From an uncultured Myxococcales bacterium (GTDB lineage: Bacteria; Myxococcota_A; Polyangia; Fen-1088), in NCBI GenBank assembly GCA_964589215.1, contig CAZPUH010000758.1, positions 1 to 46,135 of the forward strand: 46,135 nucleotides of DNA, given 5' to 3'. Below the pieces are notes generated by a model, which ran no database searches, had not been told where the DNA came from, and saw nothing but the letters and a program-made list of their open reading frames with translations. Position 1 is the stretch's first letter, and the number at the start of each line of letters is the position of its first letter. Below are positions 1 through 9,200 of this stretch, piece after piece. A program made the translations under genes and the position numbers.

Positions 1-64
1 CCACGCCACGAACCCCCGTTGACACCCAAGCCCCCAGCATGTAGATCCACGGGCCGCATCACCT

Positions 65-139
<75 letters not shown>

Positions 140-249
140 CAAGAATCATTCAGGTTTTTCGAAGTCGGTCCCGGAAACATCTCCTGCCGTATTAACCGAG
201 TATTAAACAGCTGCAGGGCTACTCCCACCTGCGGCCGGAGGTACGGCAG

Positions 250-1410
250 ATGGGAAGCATCTACAGGCGCGGTTCGCGCGCACAGCCCCGGTACTACGTG
301 CACTACCGGATCGGCAAGAAGGAAGACGGCTCGCCCCGCTACGAGATGCGAGCTGCCAAGGGCGCGCGCACGATGGAGGACGCCCGCAAGCAGCTCGCCG
401 TGATCGAGGCGAGGCTGTCGCAGGGCCTACCGGCCGTTCCGGAGCAGCAGCCGCTGTCTTCCGACCTGCGGCCCCTTCTGGAACGGTGGCGGGACGGGCT
501 GAGCAACCGGAACGCGGACGACGACCGCTCCCGCATCGACCGCCACGTCATCACCCGGTTCGGCGAGCTCACGATCGAGAAGGTGACCCTCGCCGAGATC
601 ATGAATTGGCTCGACGACCTGAAGAAGACCGCCCTATCGGGGCAGAGCCGGCGGCACCTCCTGAACCTGGTCAGCCGGTTCTTCTCCTGGGCCATCGAGC
701 GCGGGCTGGCGACGGTGAACCCGGTGAAGATGATCCCCCAGGGAAAGCGACCGAAGCCACAGCGCGCCAGGGATGTCGCTTGGCTGGATGACGACAGCAA
801 GCTCCCGCCGCTCATGGCGGAACTCGGTCCTGAGGTTGGCCTCATGCTCTATCTCGGTAACCGCTCAGGGCTTCGAACCGGCGAGATCGCCGGGCTGCGA
901 ATGGCGGACGTGGATTTTCTCCACGAGGGCGTCATCCGGGTCCGATACTCGTGGGACGGCCCGCTCAAAGAGGACAAGGATGGCAGCGGGAAGGTCAAGT
1001 GGGTGCCGGCCCCCGTGGACGCTGGAACTGTCCTCAAGCTCCACCTGGCCAAGCGCAAGCTGAGCGGAGCGAAGGGCGAAGACCTGGTGTTCCCGTTCGT
1101 GCCGGGCAAACCACAGAATCGCCGGCGTACCTCGCTGTGGTCCGGCTATCGCAAGGAGTACATCGAGGACTGCTGGAACGACGCCGCAGCGAAGGTCGGC
1201 GTCCAACTCACCTGGTATCAGGCGACACGGCACTCCTTCGTCTCCCGAAATCTGAAGAATGGCGCCAGCCTGGACGAGGTCAGCGCAGCGCTGGGTCACT
1301 CGTCGCCCCTGGTCACGCGGACGTACTACGACCACTTCGTGCGGAAAGTGTTTTCGCCAGGGCTCCGACAGGGCATCACCGCGCCCGGACGGCCGGCTAA
1401 CGACCCGTGA
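250..1410 (+). CDS. int: tyrosine-type site-specific recombinase (phage/island integrase)
   Basis: 386 aa ORF 110 nt downstream of the tRNA. The C-terminal catalytic region carries R...HxxR...Y-type signatures (GLRTGEIAGL, ATRHSFVSRNL, LGHSSPLVTRTYY). The N-terminal arm-type region is MGSIYRRGS..YYVHYR. Confidence 0.9.
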   Translation: MGSIYRRGSRAQPRYYVHYRIGKKEDGSPRYEMRAAKGARTMEDARKQLAVIEARLSQGLPAVPEQQPLSSDLRPLLERWRDGLSNRNADDDRSRIDRHVITRFGELTIEKVTLAEIMNWLDDLKKTALSGQSRRHLLNLVSRFFSWAIERGLATVNPVKMIPQGKRPKPQRARDVAWLDDDSKLPPLMAELGPEVGLMLYLGNRSGLRTGEIAGLRMADVDFLHEGVIRVRYSWDGPLKEDKDGSGKVKWVPAPVDAGTVLKLHLAKRKLSGAKGEDLVFPFVPGKPQNRRRTSLWSGYRKEYIEDCWNDAAAKVGVQLTWYQATRHSFVSRNLKNGASLDEVSAALGHSSPLVTRTYYDHFVRKVFSPGLRQGITAPGRPANDP

Positions 1411-1684
1411 GATCGGCGCGTCGAAACCGCAAGCGACGGCCGATTCGAACGCACGGAACTGATCCGCGGAAGACCGCCATTCGAAGTGCGGCGGGCGTCA
1501 TCGATAAGAAAGCCGCGGCAGTACGAACGTCGAGAAGATCCTCCACGTCATTTGCGGGCGGCGCCGCACACTCCAGCACGATCGCCCGGATCTGATCGCG
1601 GACCGCGACATCGTGCAGCGCTTCTTTAACCGCCGCCACGATGTCGATCGTCAACGGGACGCCCACGCTATCTGAGTCGGACAT
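1397..1684 (-). CDS. excisionase-like / MerR-superfamily helix-turn-helix DNA-binding protein
   Basis: 95 aa. The C-terminal segment LLDVRTAAAFLSMTPAALRMAVFRGSVPCVRIGRRLRFRRADL matches the excisionase-family HTH pattern. It is convergent with, and overlaps, the integrase 3' end. Confidence 0.65.
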   Translation of the reverse strand: MSDSDSVGVPLTIDIVAAVKEALHDVAVRDQIRAIVLECAAPPANDVEDLLDVRTAAAFLSMTPAALRMAVFRGSVPCVRIGRRLRFRRADLTGR

Positions 1685-1887
1685 GGTCGTTTCGACGTTT
1701 CTTCGAGTCCCCGGCCGAAGCGCCAGTTAACTCCCCCGGCTCCTGAGTCCGTTCAAGACGCAACGCAACGATTCCGCCTCAATCGTAACCGGCTGAGATT
1801 ACAGCCTATTTCTCGCCACCTCACGACTGACCGAACGGCCCGGAATCGGCTGAGCGCGCATTTGAGTATACAGTGGGACGTGACGGT

Positions 1888-2163
1888 TCAGTGACCGGCT
1901 CGCCGCACGCCCGGCGCCGCTTCGACGGATTTCGCATCATCGGTCCGGCGCCGGCGGCTGAACCAGCGCATCCAGAAGAATGTGCCCGCCAACAACGCGA
2001 ACGTTCCTAGAGATTCGCCCGGACTCTTCCCGCAAAAGGGGCATGCGTTCGCGGGCCGTTGCATCGCCAGCCAGACCGTTCCGGCCGCTAGCCATCTTTC
2101 GAATCCAAGCATCAACCCCATCAGTGTAGCTCCGCGCCACGAGCGCCGTCGATCGGCCACCAC
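1888..2163 (-). CDS. hypothetical small membrane protein with a CPFC motif (start uncertain, possibly 2121)
   Basis: ORF with two hydrophobic segments flanking ACPFCGKSPGE. GC3 bias is moderate and I recognise no family. Confidence 0.3.
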   Translation of the reverse strand: MVADRRRSWRGATLMGLMLGFERWLAAGTVWLAMQRPANACPFCGKSPGESLGTFALLAGTFFWMRWFSRRRRTDDAKSVEAAPGVRRAGH

Positions 2164-2230
2164 GGGAATCCATGACCCTTTACGACAATCTTACGGAGGG
2201 CCCATACTCTCTGTGCCAGGGGATGCGTGA

Positions 2231-2452
2231 CTGCCGCGGAGGTGCTCGGAACGGGTCGGCATCGCCGTGGCGACAGGAACCGACGTCGCGATTGAGAGCG
2301 CAGGGCTGACGCAAGTGAAGGGTGACCTGCCCGGCATCGTCCGCACCCTACCTTTCCGGCGCCAGGATGGCGAACGTCAAACAGAACTCTTCAGCTCAGC
2401 GTCGGTCATCGGGGACGCGCTCCGGCTCCGTCCACGCGCGGGTCTGGCTTGA
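2231..2452 (+). pseudogene. remnant of the 3' end of a heavy-metal P-type ATPase gene
   Basis: The translation [24 protein letters not shown] ... [14 protein letters not shown] parallels [24 protein letters not shown] ... [14 protein letters not shown] at the C-terminus of the intact ATPase at 21167-23548. The middle part matches only after a frame change ([12 protein letters not shown]) and the TM5-TM6 region is missing. Confidence 0.75.
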
Positions 2453-2461
2453 GGTGAATGC

Positions 2462-2890
2462 ATGGCACGACAACGAATTGGGGGCGTCTCGCTGGTAATT
2501 CTCGGCGTCTTGACCCTTGGAACGGGCGCCTACTTCTTGTTCGTCCGGCCGCCCCTTCTGCCCGAGGACGTGAGGTTCACCGGGGTAGATCCGAGACTCC
2601 TGGATCCTCGGATGATCACCTGGCTCGGAATTGTCTTTCGAACATGGGGAGGATTCATGGCCGGCTTCGGATTCCTCCTCGGCGCGGTCGGATGGTACTT
2701 GCTCTCAGCTCGCGAAGGCATCCTCCGGTGGGGAGCCAGCGCAGCCGTTCTGGTTGCGTTCGGTCGATTTCTATTGAGCAATCTGATCCTTCGTTCAGAC
2801 CATCTGCCCTTCATCTTCGCGATGTTTGCGCTCGCTGTCGTCGCCGCGCCGTTTCTACTCAGGCGAGGACCGCAGGGCCGAACCGACTGA
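2462..2890 (+). CDS. hypothetical integral membrane protein (about 4 TM segments)
   Basis: 142 aa with hydrophobic segments VSLVILGVLTLGTGAYFLF, WGGFMAGFGFLLGAVGWYLL, AAVLVAFGRFLLSNLIL and FIFAMFALAVVAAPFLL. Codon GC3 is visibly lower than in neighbouring genes. Confidence 0.55.
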   Translation: MARQRIGGVSLVILGVLTLGTGAYFLFVRPPLLPEDVRFTGVDPRLLDPRMITWLGIVFRTWGGFMAGFGFLLGAVGWYLLSAREGILRWGASAAVLVAFGRFLLSNLILRSDHLPFIFAMFALAVVAAPFLLRRGPQGRTD

Positions 2891-2927
2891 TGTCGAATGC
2901 GAGGCGCGCAGATCCTGCGCCTGACGC

Positions 2928-3203
2928 CTAGTGCCAGGCCGGCAAGAGCCCGACCTTCTCCTTCATCGCGCCGAACTCTGATGTCATCAGCTCCAGACGG
3001 TCCTGGCGGCTCTCTGTGACCGCACGCTGACCGAATTCAGGCGGCGGGCACCGTCGCTGCGGGCAGACGAACGAGACGCGGAAGTCGCCGTCAAACGTCG
3101 CCTGGAGGTCGCCCCGCTGGATCGCCAGCACGCCGTCACGAACGCGCGCGAGCAGCCTCCCGCACCCGGTGCACCGTACGTCCTCGACCTCGTTCGCCAT
3201 CAC
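2928..3203 (-). CDS. small zinc-ribbon protein (Com-like CxxC...CxxxxC)
   Basis: 91 aa with high GC3. The pattern VRCTGCGRLLARV...VSFVCPQRRCP resembles phage Mu Com-type zinc ribbons. Confidence 0.5.
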   Translation of the reverse strand: MMANEVEDVRCTGCGRLLARVRDGVLAIQRGDLQATFDGDFRVSFVCPQRRCPPPEFGQRAVTESRQDRLELMTSEFGAMKEKVGLLPAWH

Positions 3204-3237
3204 GCGAACGGAGATGCCAGACCAGGCGTCGCCCGTG

Positions 3238-3265
3238 GTCGTCAGAGCGTCGTCAGGGCGTCGAC
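3238..3265. repeat. tandem 11-bp direct repeat GTCGTCAG(A/G)GC x2 plus a partial third copy (GTCGAC)
   Basis: Read directly: gtcgtcagagc gtcgtcagggc gtcgac. It lies about 70-95 nt upstream of the GTG at 3333. Confidence 0.4.
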
Positions 3266-3332
3266 TCTTTTGTCGATTCTCGTCGGCCGTGCCGGGCAGG
3301 CGCGGTCTCGGGACCTATGAGATACTCGGGCC

Positions 3333-3635
3333 GTGCCGCGGGCCGTCCTCGTGCTCTTCCTGGCGCTGCTCACTTTCGAGGTGAGCGGTCTGGCGGCGAT
3401 TTGCGGCGATCCTACCTGCGACGAGGACTGCCCCTCCGACGCGTCCGGCGGACAGTGCGCGCCGAACTGCCATTTCTGTAGCTGCAGCCCGCTGCCGACC
3501 TTCACCAGGCCCGCGTCCTCGATTGCGGAGGTGAAGTCTTCCTTCGGGCGCACCAGCTGGTTCTGCGCGACCGAAACTCACCCCTCGCCCGACCCCGCGG
3601 CGATCCTGCACGTCCCCAAGCTGCTCCTCGCGTAG
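3333..3635 (+). CDS. Cys-rich secreted small protein leading the czc operon
   Basis: 100 aa with a GTG start and high GC3. Signal-like N-terminus AVLVLFLALLTFEVSGLAA, Cys cluster ICGDPTCDEDCPSDASGGQCAPNCHFCSCSP, C-terminal ILHVPKLLLA. Confidence 0.6.
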   Translation: MPRAVLVLFLALLTFEVSGLAAICGDPTCDEDCPSDASGGQCAPNCHFCSCSPLPTFTRPASSIAEVKSSFGRTSWFCATETHPSPDPAAILHVPKLLLA

Positions 3636-3708
3636 CGATCCGAACGAGTGAGTGGACGGGGTGCCGCCGGGTGGCGGTCCGTCCGTGACGTGGACACGCG
3701 AGGGAACC

Positions 3709-5016
3709 ATGAAACGCACGTTGATGGCGGCGACGCTCGTCGTTGCCGGTGCCTGGGCGCGCGAAGCCGTCGCCCAGGACCAACCGAAGCAAACGACTGG
3801 GTGCAGCGGCCCACTCGACGCGGACGGCGTCGTTCGTTGCGCGCTCGCCGCCAGCCCGGAGGTCCGGGCGGCGCGCGCCGAGTTCGACGCCGCGGGCGGC
3901 CGGAAAGCCACCGCGGGCGTCTGGCTACCCAGCAATCCGACCGTGGCCGCCCTCTTCTCGAACCGCCGCCGGCCGCCGCCGGAAGCCGCCTCCGTCTTCA
4001 ACTGGAGCGTGGTGCTCTCACAGGAAGTGGAGATCGCCGGCCAGCGGGGCGCCCGGGTGGAGGCAGCCGACGCCGAGGTCGCGGCACGGGCGCGCCGGGT
4101 CGGCGTCGCGGAGCAGGAGGTCGCCGCCGGAGCGCTCGCGGCCTACTACGAGGCGGTCGCGGCGCAGGAGACGCTCCGTTTCGCGGAGGAGCTGGCTCGC
4201 ATGGCTCAGTCCCTGGCGGCGTTTGCCGAAGGGCGGGCCAAGGAGGCGATGCTCGCCGGCATCGAGGCAGACGTCGCCCGCGCGGAGGCGACGCGTATCG
4301 GGCTGGCCCGGTTCGAGGCCGAGCGAAGGCTGACGGAGTCCCGTGCCGCGCTGGCGGCTCTGCTCGATGTCGACGCGCGCACGCTGAAGCTCCCCGGGGC
4401 GCTCGTCGTCCCGACGGCCGAGCTGCCCGCCGGCACCGGCTTGCCCGAAGAGCAGGCGCTCCGGCTGCGCGGCGAGGTCGCGGCGGCCGAATTGGAGAGG
4501 CAGGTCCTCGAGCGGCGTCTCGCCCTCGTTCGCCGAGAGCGTGTCCCCAACCTCACCCTCTCGGCGTTCGCCGAGCGGGGCGAGATCAACGATCGCATCC
4601 TGGGCGTCGGCCTCTCCGTGCCTTTGCCGCTGCCCGCGCCCGTCGGGCGCACGCGGGCCGGCGAGATCGCGGAGACCATGGCGCAGATTCGCGCCGCCGA
4701 GACCTCCGAGGAGCTGGTCCGCCGCCGCGTCCGACTTGAGGTGACCCGCGCCCTGGCCGCGTACACCGCACGTCAGGGTGCCGCGAGCCTCTTCGGGGCC
4801 GACCTCCTCACCCGTGCGCACGCCGATCTGACCGCGCTCCGCGATGCGATCTCATCGCGGCAGCTCTCGCTGCGGGAGGCGCTGCAGTGGCAGCGCAGCC
4901 TGATCGAGCTGCTCCAGGCCGACATCGAGGCGCGCCTCGGGCAGGTCCTGGCGCTGGTCGAGCTTCGCCGGGTGGTGGGGACACCGTTCGCGGCCGGCCA
5001 AGGAGGTGCGCGATGA
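3709..5016 (+). CDS. czcC: TolC-family outer membrane efflux protein (CzcC-like)
   Basis: Start chosen at the ATG preceded by GAGGGAA, giving signal peptide MKRTLMAATLVVAGAWAREAVAQ. The protein is a long Ala/Arg/Glu-rich two-repeat coiled region typical of OMFs. Its stop overlaps the next start (ATGA). Confidence 0.85.
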   Translation: MKRTLMAATLVVAGAWAREAVAQDQPKQTTGCSGPLDADGVVRCALAASPEVRAARAEFDAAGGRKATAGVWLPSNPTVAALFSNRRRPPPEAASVFNWSVVLSQEVEIAGQRGARVEAADAEVAARARRVGVAEQEVAAGALAAYYEAVAAQETLRFAEELARMAQSLAAFAEGRAKEAMLAGIEADVARAEATRIGLARFEAERRLTESRAALAALLDVDARTLKLPGALVVPTAELPAGTGLPEEQALRLRGEVAAAELERQVLERRLALVRRERVPNLTLSAFAERGEINDRILGVGLSVPLPLPAPVGRTRAGEIAETMAQIRAAETSEELVRRRVRLEVTRALAAYTARQGAASLFGADLLTRAHADLTALRDAISSRQLSLREALQWQRSLIELLQADIEARLGQVLALVELRRVVGTPFAAGQGGAR

Positions 5017-6245
5017 GGTGGCTGACCGCGGGCGCGGCGCTGCTGGTCACCGCCGCCGCGACCGCGTGCTCCCGGCAGCCCGCCGAGCTGGCGCACACCA
5101 CCGACCGCGCGTCGCGCGAACAGCAGCCAGAGCCTGGGCGAGGACAGGCAGGGCCCGCCCCTCACAAAGACGAATCGGAGGTGCACGAGGCGCTCCCCAG
5201 CAAGGTGCGGCTCCCGCCGAGCGTCGTGAAGGCGGCGGGCATCAAGACCGCGCCTGCCGTTCTCGACAGCCTGCCCGCGACCGTGGATCTGACCGGCGAG
5301 ATCGCCGCTGATCCCAACCGCTCCGCGCGCCTGGCCGCGCGCATCCCGGGCCGCATCATCGACGTCCGCGTGAAGGAAGGCGATCGGGTGAGCGCCGGCC
5401 AGACCGTCGCCATCCTCGAATCGTCGGAGCTGGCGCGGGCGCGCGCGACGCTCGCGTCGGCGGTGGCCCGCGCGCGCTCGACCCGGCTCAACGCCGACCG
5501 ACTCAAGAGCCTCGAAGCGAAGTCGCTGGCGTCCGGACAAGAGGTGTCCGCCGCGGAGGCCGAGGCGGCCGCGCTCGACTCCGAGGTCTCGGCCGCCAAG
5601 CAGACTCTGTCGGCGCTGGGGCAAGGCGAGGTGCAGACGAACAACGGCAGCGCCCGGGTGACCATCCGGACGCCGCTCGCGGGGTTCGTGCTCAGCCGCG
5701 ACGCCGTGCAGGGGCAGAGCGTCGACGCGGAGCACGTCATCGCGGTGGTCGGGGATCTCGATCGCGTCTACTTCCTGGGCCGCCTGTTCGAAAAGGATCT
5801 GGCGCGCGTGAAGGTCGGCGCGAGCTCCGAGGTCCGCCTCAACGCCTACCCGGCCGAGGCCTTCGAGGGAAAGATCGAGACAATCGGCCGGCAACTCGAC
5901 CCCGCCGCGCGCACCGTCACCGCCCGCATCGTCGTGCGCAACCATGCGGATCTGGTCAAGGTCGGCCTCTTCGGCACTGCCCGCGTCGTGGTTGGGCCGG
6001 CGGAGACGACGCTCAAGCGCGTCGTCGTCCCGTTCGCCGCGGTGACGCGCGTTGCGGACAAGGAGGTTGTCTTCGTCCTCCAGCCCGATGGCGACTTCGA
6101 GCTTCACCCGGTGACGCTCGGACGGACGGCCGGCGGCCGCGTCGAGATCTTGAGCGGCCTGCGGGCCGGCGAGAAGGTCGTCGCCGACGGCGTCTTCACG
6201 CTCAAGAGCGCGGTCCTGAAGGGCACGTTCGGCGAGGAGGAGTGA
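5013..6245 (+). CDS. czcB: RND efflux periplasmic adaptor (MFP, CzcB-like)
   Basis: Lipoprotein-like N-terminus LLVTAAATACS. HlyD-type lipoyl/barrel motifs (RIPGRIIDVRVKEGDRVSAGQTVAILES, VTIRTPLAGFVLSRD). Positioned between the OMF and RND genes. Confidence 0.85.
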   Translation: MRWLTAGAALLVTAAATACSRQPAELAHTTDRASREQQPEPGRGQAGPAPHKDESEVHEALPSKVRLPPSVVKAAGIKTAPAVLDSLPATVDLTGEIAADPNRSARLAARIPGRIIDVRVKEGDRVSAGQTVAILESSELARARATLASAVARARSTRLNADRLKSLEAKSLASGQEVSAAEAEAAALDSEVSAAKQTLSALGQGEVQTNNGSARVTIRTPLAGFVLSRDAVQGQSVDAEHVIAVVGDLDRVYFLGRLFEKDLARVKVGASSEVRLNAYPAEAFEGKIETIGRQLDPAARTVTARIVVRNHADLVKVGLFGTARVVVGPAETTLKRVVVPFAAVTRVADKEVVFVLQPDGDFELHPVTLGRTAGGRVEILSGLRAGEKVVADGVFTLKSAVLKGTFGEEE

Positions 6246-6246
6246 C

Positions 6247-9200
6247 GTGGTCTTCCTGAGCCGCATCGTCTCCTGGTCGCTCCGGCACCGCGCCGTCGTG
6301 CTGCTCGCGACGGGCCTCTTGGCCGTGGTCGGCGTCCGCTCCGCCTTCACCCTCCCGATCGACGCCGTCCCCGACATCACCAACATCCAGGTGCAGGTGA
6401 TCACCGCCGCTCCCGCCCTGACCCCCGTCGAGGTCGAGCAGTACGTGAGCGTGCCCGTCGAGCGCGCGATGGCCGGCATCCCCAAGGTCGAAGAAGTCAG
6501 GTCCATCTCGAAGTACGGCCTCTCGGTGGTGACGGTCGTCTTCGAGGACGGCACCGACATCTACTTCGCCCGCCAGATGGTGGCGGAGCGGATGCGCGAG
6601 GCCGACGACACCGTCCCCGCGGCCTACGGGCGCCCCGAGATGGGCCCGATCGCGACCGGCCTCGGCGAGGTCTACCAGTTCGTGGTGCGGGGCGAGGGGC
6701 GCTCGCTCATGGAGCTCGAGGAGACCCTGGATTGGTACATCGGCCCGCAGCTCCGCAGCGTGCCCGGGATCGTCGAGGTCAACAGCTTCGGCGGCGAGGA
6801 CAAGCAGTACCAGATCGTGATCGATCCCAAGCGCCTTCAGGCCGCCGGCCTCTCGCTCGGCGAGGTGATTCACGCCCTCGAGCGATCCAACGCCAACGCG
6901 GGCGGCGGATACATCGAGCACAACAGGGAGCAGGTGGTGATCGGGACGGTCGGGCTGGTGACCAGCCTGGGGGACCTCAACTCGGTCGTCGTCGGCGCGA
7001 CGTTACAGGGCGTCCCGATCACGGTGGCCAACATCGCCGAGGTCCGCTTTGGCCCGCGCCTGCGGCGCGGCGCCGCGTCGATGGACGGCAAGGGCGAGGT
7101 GGTCGTCGGCGTCGCGCTGATGCTGATGGGCGAGAACTCCCGCCTGGTGACCAACCGCGTGAAGGCGAGGCTGGAAGAGCTGCGCCCGACGCTCCCCGCC
7201 GGCATCCGGATCGAGCCCTTCTACGACCGGTCGGAGCTGGTGGCCCGGACGATCAAGACGGTCGTCCGGAACCTCGCCGAGGGCGCGGCTCTCGTGATCA
7301 TCATTCTCCTGGTCCTGCTGGGCGACATCCGCGCGGGGCTGATCGTCGCCTCCACGATCCCTCTCTCCATGCTGTTCGCCATCGCCCTGATGAAGGCGAC
7401 CGGCGCCTCCGGGAACCTGATGAGCCTGGGCGCGATCGACTTTGGTCTCATCGTCGACGGTGCAGTGATCATCGTAGAGAACGCCGTTCGCAGGCTGGGG
7501 GAGAAGCGGGTCGCGGCTGACCGCGAGCTCACCTCCGACGAGAGGGTGACGGTGGCTCACGATGCGGCGGTCGAGGTGCGGAGCGCCAGCGTTTTCGGCG
7601 AGATCATCATCGCGATCGTCTATCTGCCGATCCTCGCCCTGCGCGGCATCGAGGGGAAGCTGTTCCACCCGATGGCCAGGACGGTGCTGTTCGCGCTCGC
7701 CGGCGCGTTCATCCTCTCGCTGACCCTCGTCCCGGTCCTCGCAAGCTACCTCCTCAAAGGGCGCAGCGTGAGTCACGAACCCTGGCTGATGCGGCAGGCC
7801 CGCCGCGGCTACGTGCCCGTCCTTCGTCGGGCCCTCGCGCGTCCATCCATCACGCTCGGCGTGGGGCTCGTCGTGCTGGCGCTCGGCGGCGGTCTGATGA
7901 CCCGCCTCGGGGCGGAGTTCGTGCCCCAGCTCGACGAAGGGGACCTGCTGCTCGAGGCGCGGCGCCTGCCGGGCATTGCGCTCTCGGAGACCATCGCGAC
8001 CGACATGCGCGTCGAGCGAGCGGTGCTCCTGGTCCCCGAAGTCGAGCACGTGGTCGCGCGCGCCGGTGCCCCGGAGGTCGCCACCGATCCCATGGGCATC
8101 GAGCAGAGCGACATCTACGTGACCCTCAAGCCGCGGGACGAATGGCGGCCCGGGCTCACGAAGGAGGCACTGGGCAAGGAGGTGGCGGAGATCGTCGATC
8201 GGGAGGTGCCCGAGGTGGCGGTCGCGGTGTCGCAGCCGATCCAGATGCGCACCAATGAGCTCATCGCCGGCGTCCGATCTGACGCAGCCGCCCAGATCTA
8301 CGGCCCCGATCTCCAGACGCTGCAGCAACTGGCGCAGCAGGTGGTCGCGGCGCTGAAAGGTGTCGCCGGCGTTGCGGACCTGCGCGCCGAACAAGGCACC
8401 GGGCTCACCTACCTGCGCATTCGGCCGGACCGAGCGCGCCTGGCGCGCTACGGCCTCACCATCGAGGACGTCAACACGATCACGGAGACGATGGCCGTCG
8501 GGAGAACGGTCGGCGACATCTTCGAGAAGGACCGGCGCTTCGCGATGGTGGTGCGGACCGCCTTCGACTTCCAGGGGAACCTCGCAAGCGTGCGGGCGCT
8601 GCCGCTCAAGTCGACGCTGGGGCAGATCGTTCCCCTCGGCGACGTTGCGGACGTGGTGCTCGAGTCAGGCCCGGCGCTCGTCAACCGCGACAAGCAGTCG
8701 CGGCGCTCGATCGTCGAGTTCAACGTGCGCGGGCGCGACGTCGTGTCGACGGTCGAAGAAGCGAGACGGGTGGTCGCGTCCGCGGTGAGCCTCCCCGCCA
8801 ACTATCACGTGGACTGGGGCGGCCAGTTCCAGAACTACAGCGCCGCCCGCGCCCGCCTCGCGGTCGTGGTGCCGCTGGCGCTCGTCCTGATCGTGTTCCT
8901 GCTGTGGCTCGCGTTCGGCAAGGTGAAGCCCGCGATCCTGGTGTTCGCGAACGTCCCGTTCGCCGCCGTGGGCGGCGTCCTGGCTCTGTGGCTGCGCGAC
9001 ATCCCCTTCAGCATCTCGGCCGGCGTCGGGTTCATCGCCCTGTTCGGCGTGGCCGTCTTGAACGGTCTGGTCCTGGTCTCGTTCTGCTTGCACCTGGAGG
9101 AGGAAGGCACCCCACCCCGCCGGGCCATCGCCGAGGCGGCCGAGCTGCGGCTGCGGCCCGTCCTCATGACCGCTCTGGTGGCCGCGCTGGGCTTCGTCCC

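Noticed and set aside
3648-4739. 363-aa + strand ORF, together with 3743-4333 and 4018-4821, overlapping czcC in other frames
   Set aside because: The translations are extreme Arg/Gly/Pro/Ala low-complexity sequence typical of off-frame ORFs in GC-rich DNA. The czcC frame gives a coherent OMF with a signal peptide.
4773-6560. 595-aa minus-strand ORF antisense to czcB/czcA. The same class includes 7003-8394, 10036-11130, 20028-21272, 20066-21355, 25022-26044, 30588-31709, 31821-32939, 36692-37915 and 38816-39697.
   Set aside because: These are shadow ORFs opposite well-supported genes. They are R/D/G/H-rich with no recognisable motifs, and the GC3 pattern favours the annotated strand.
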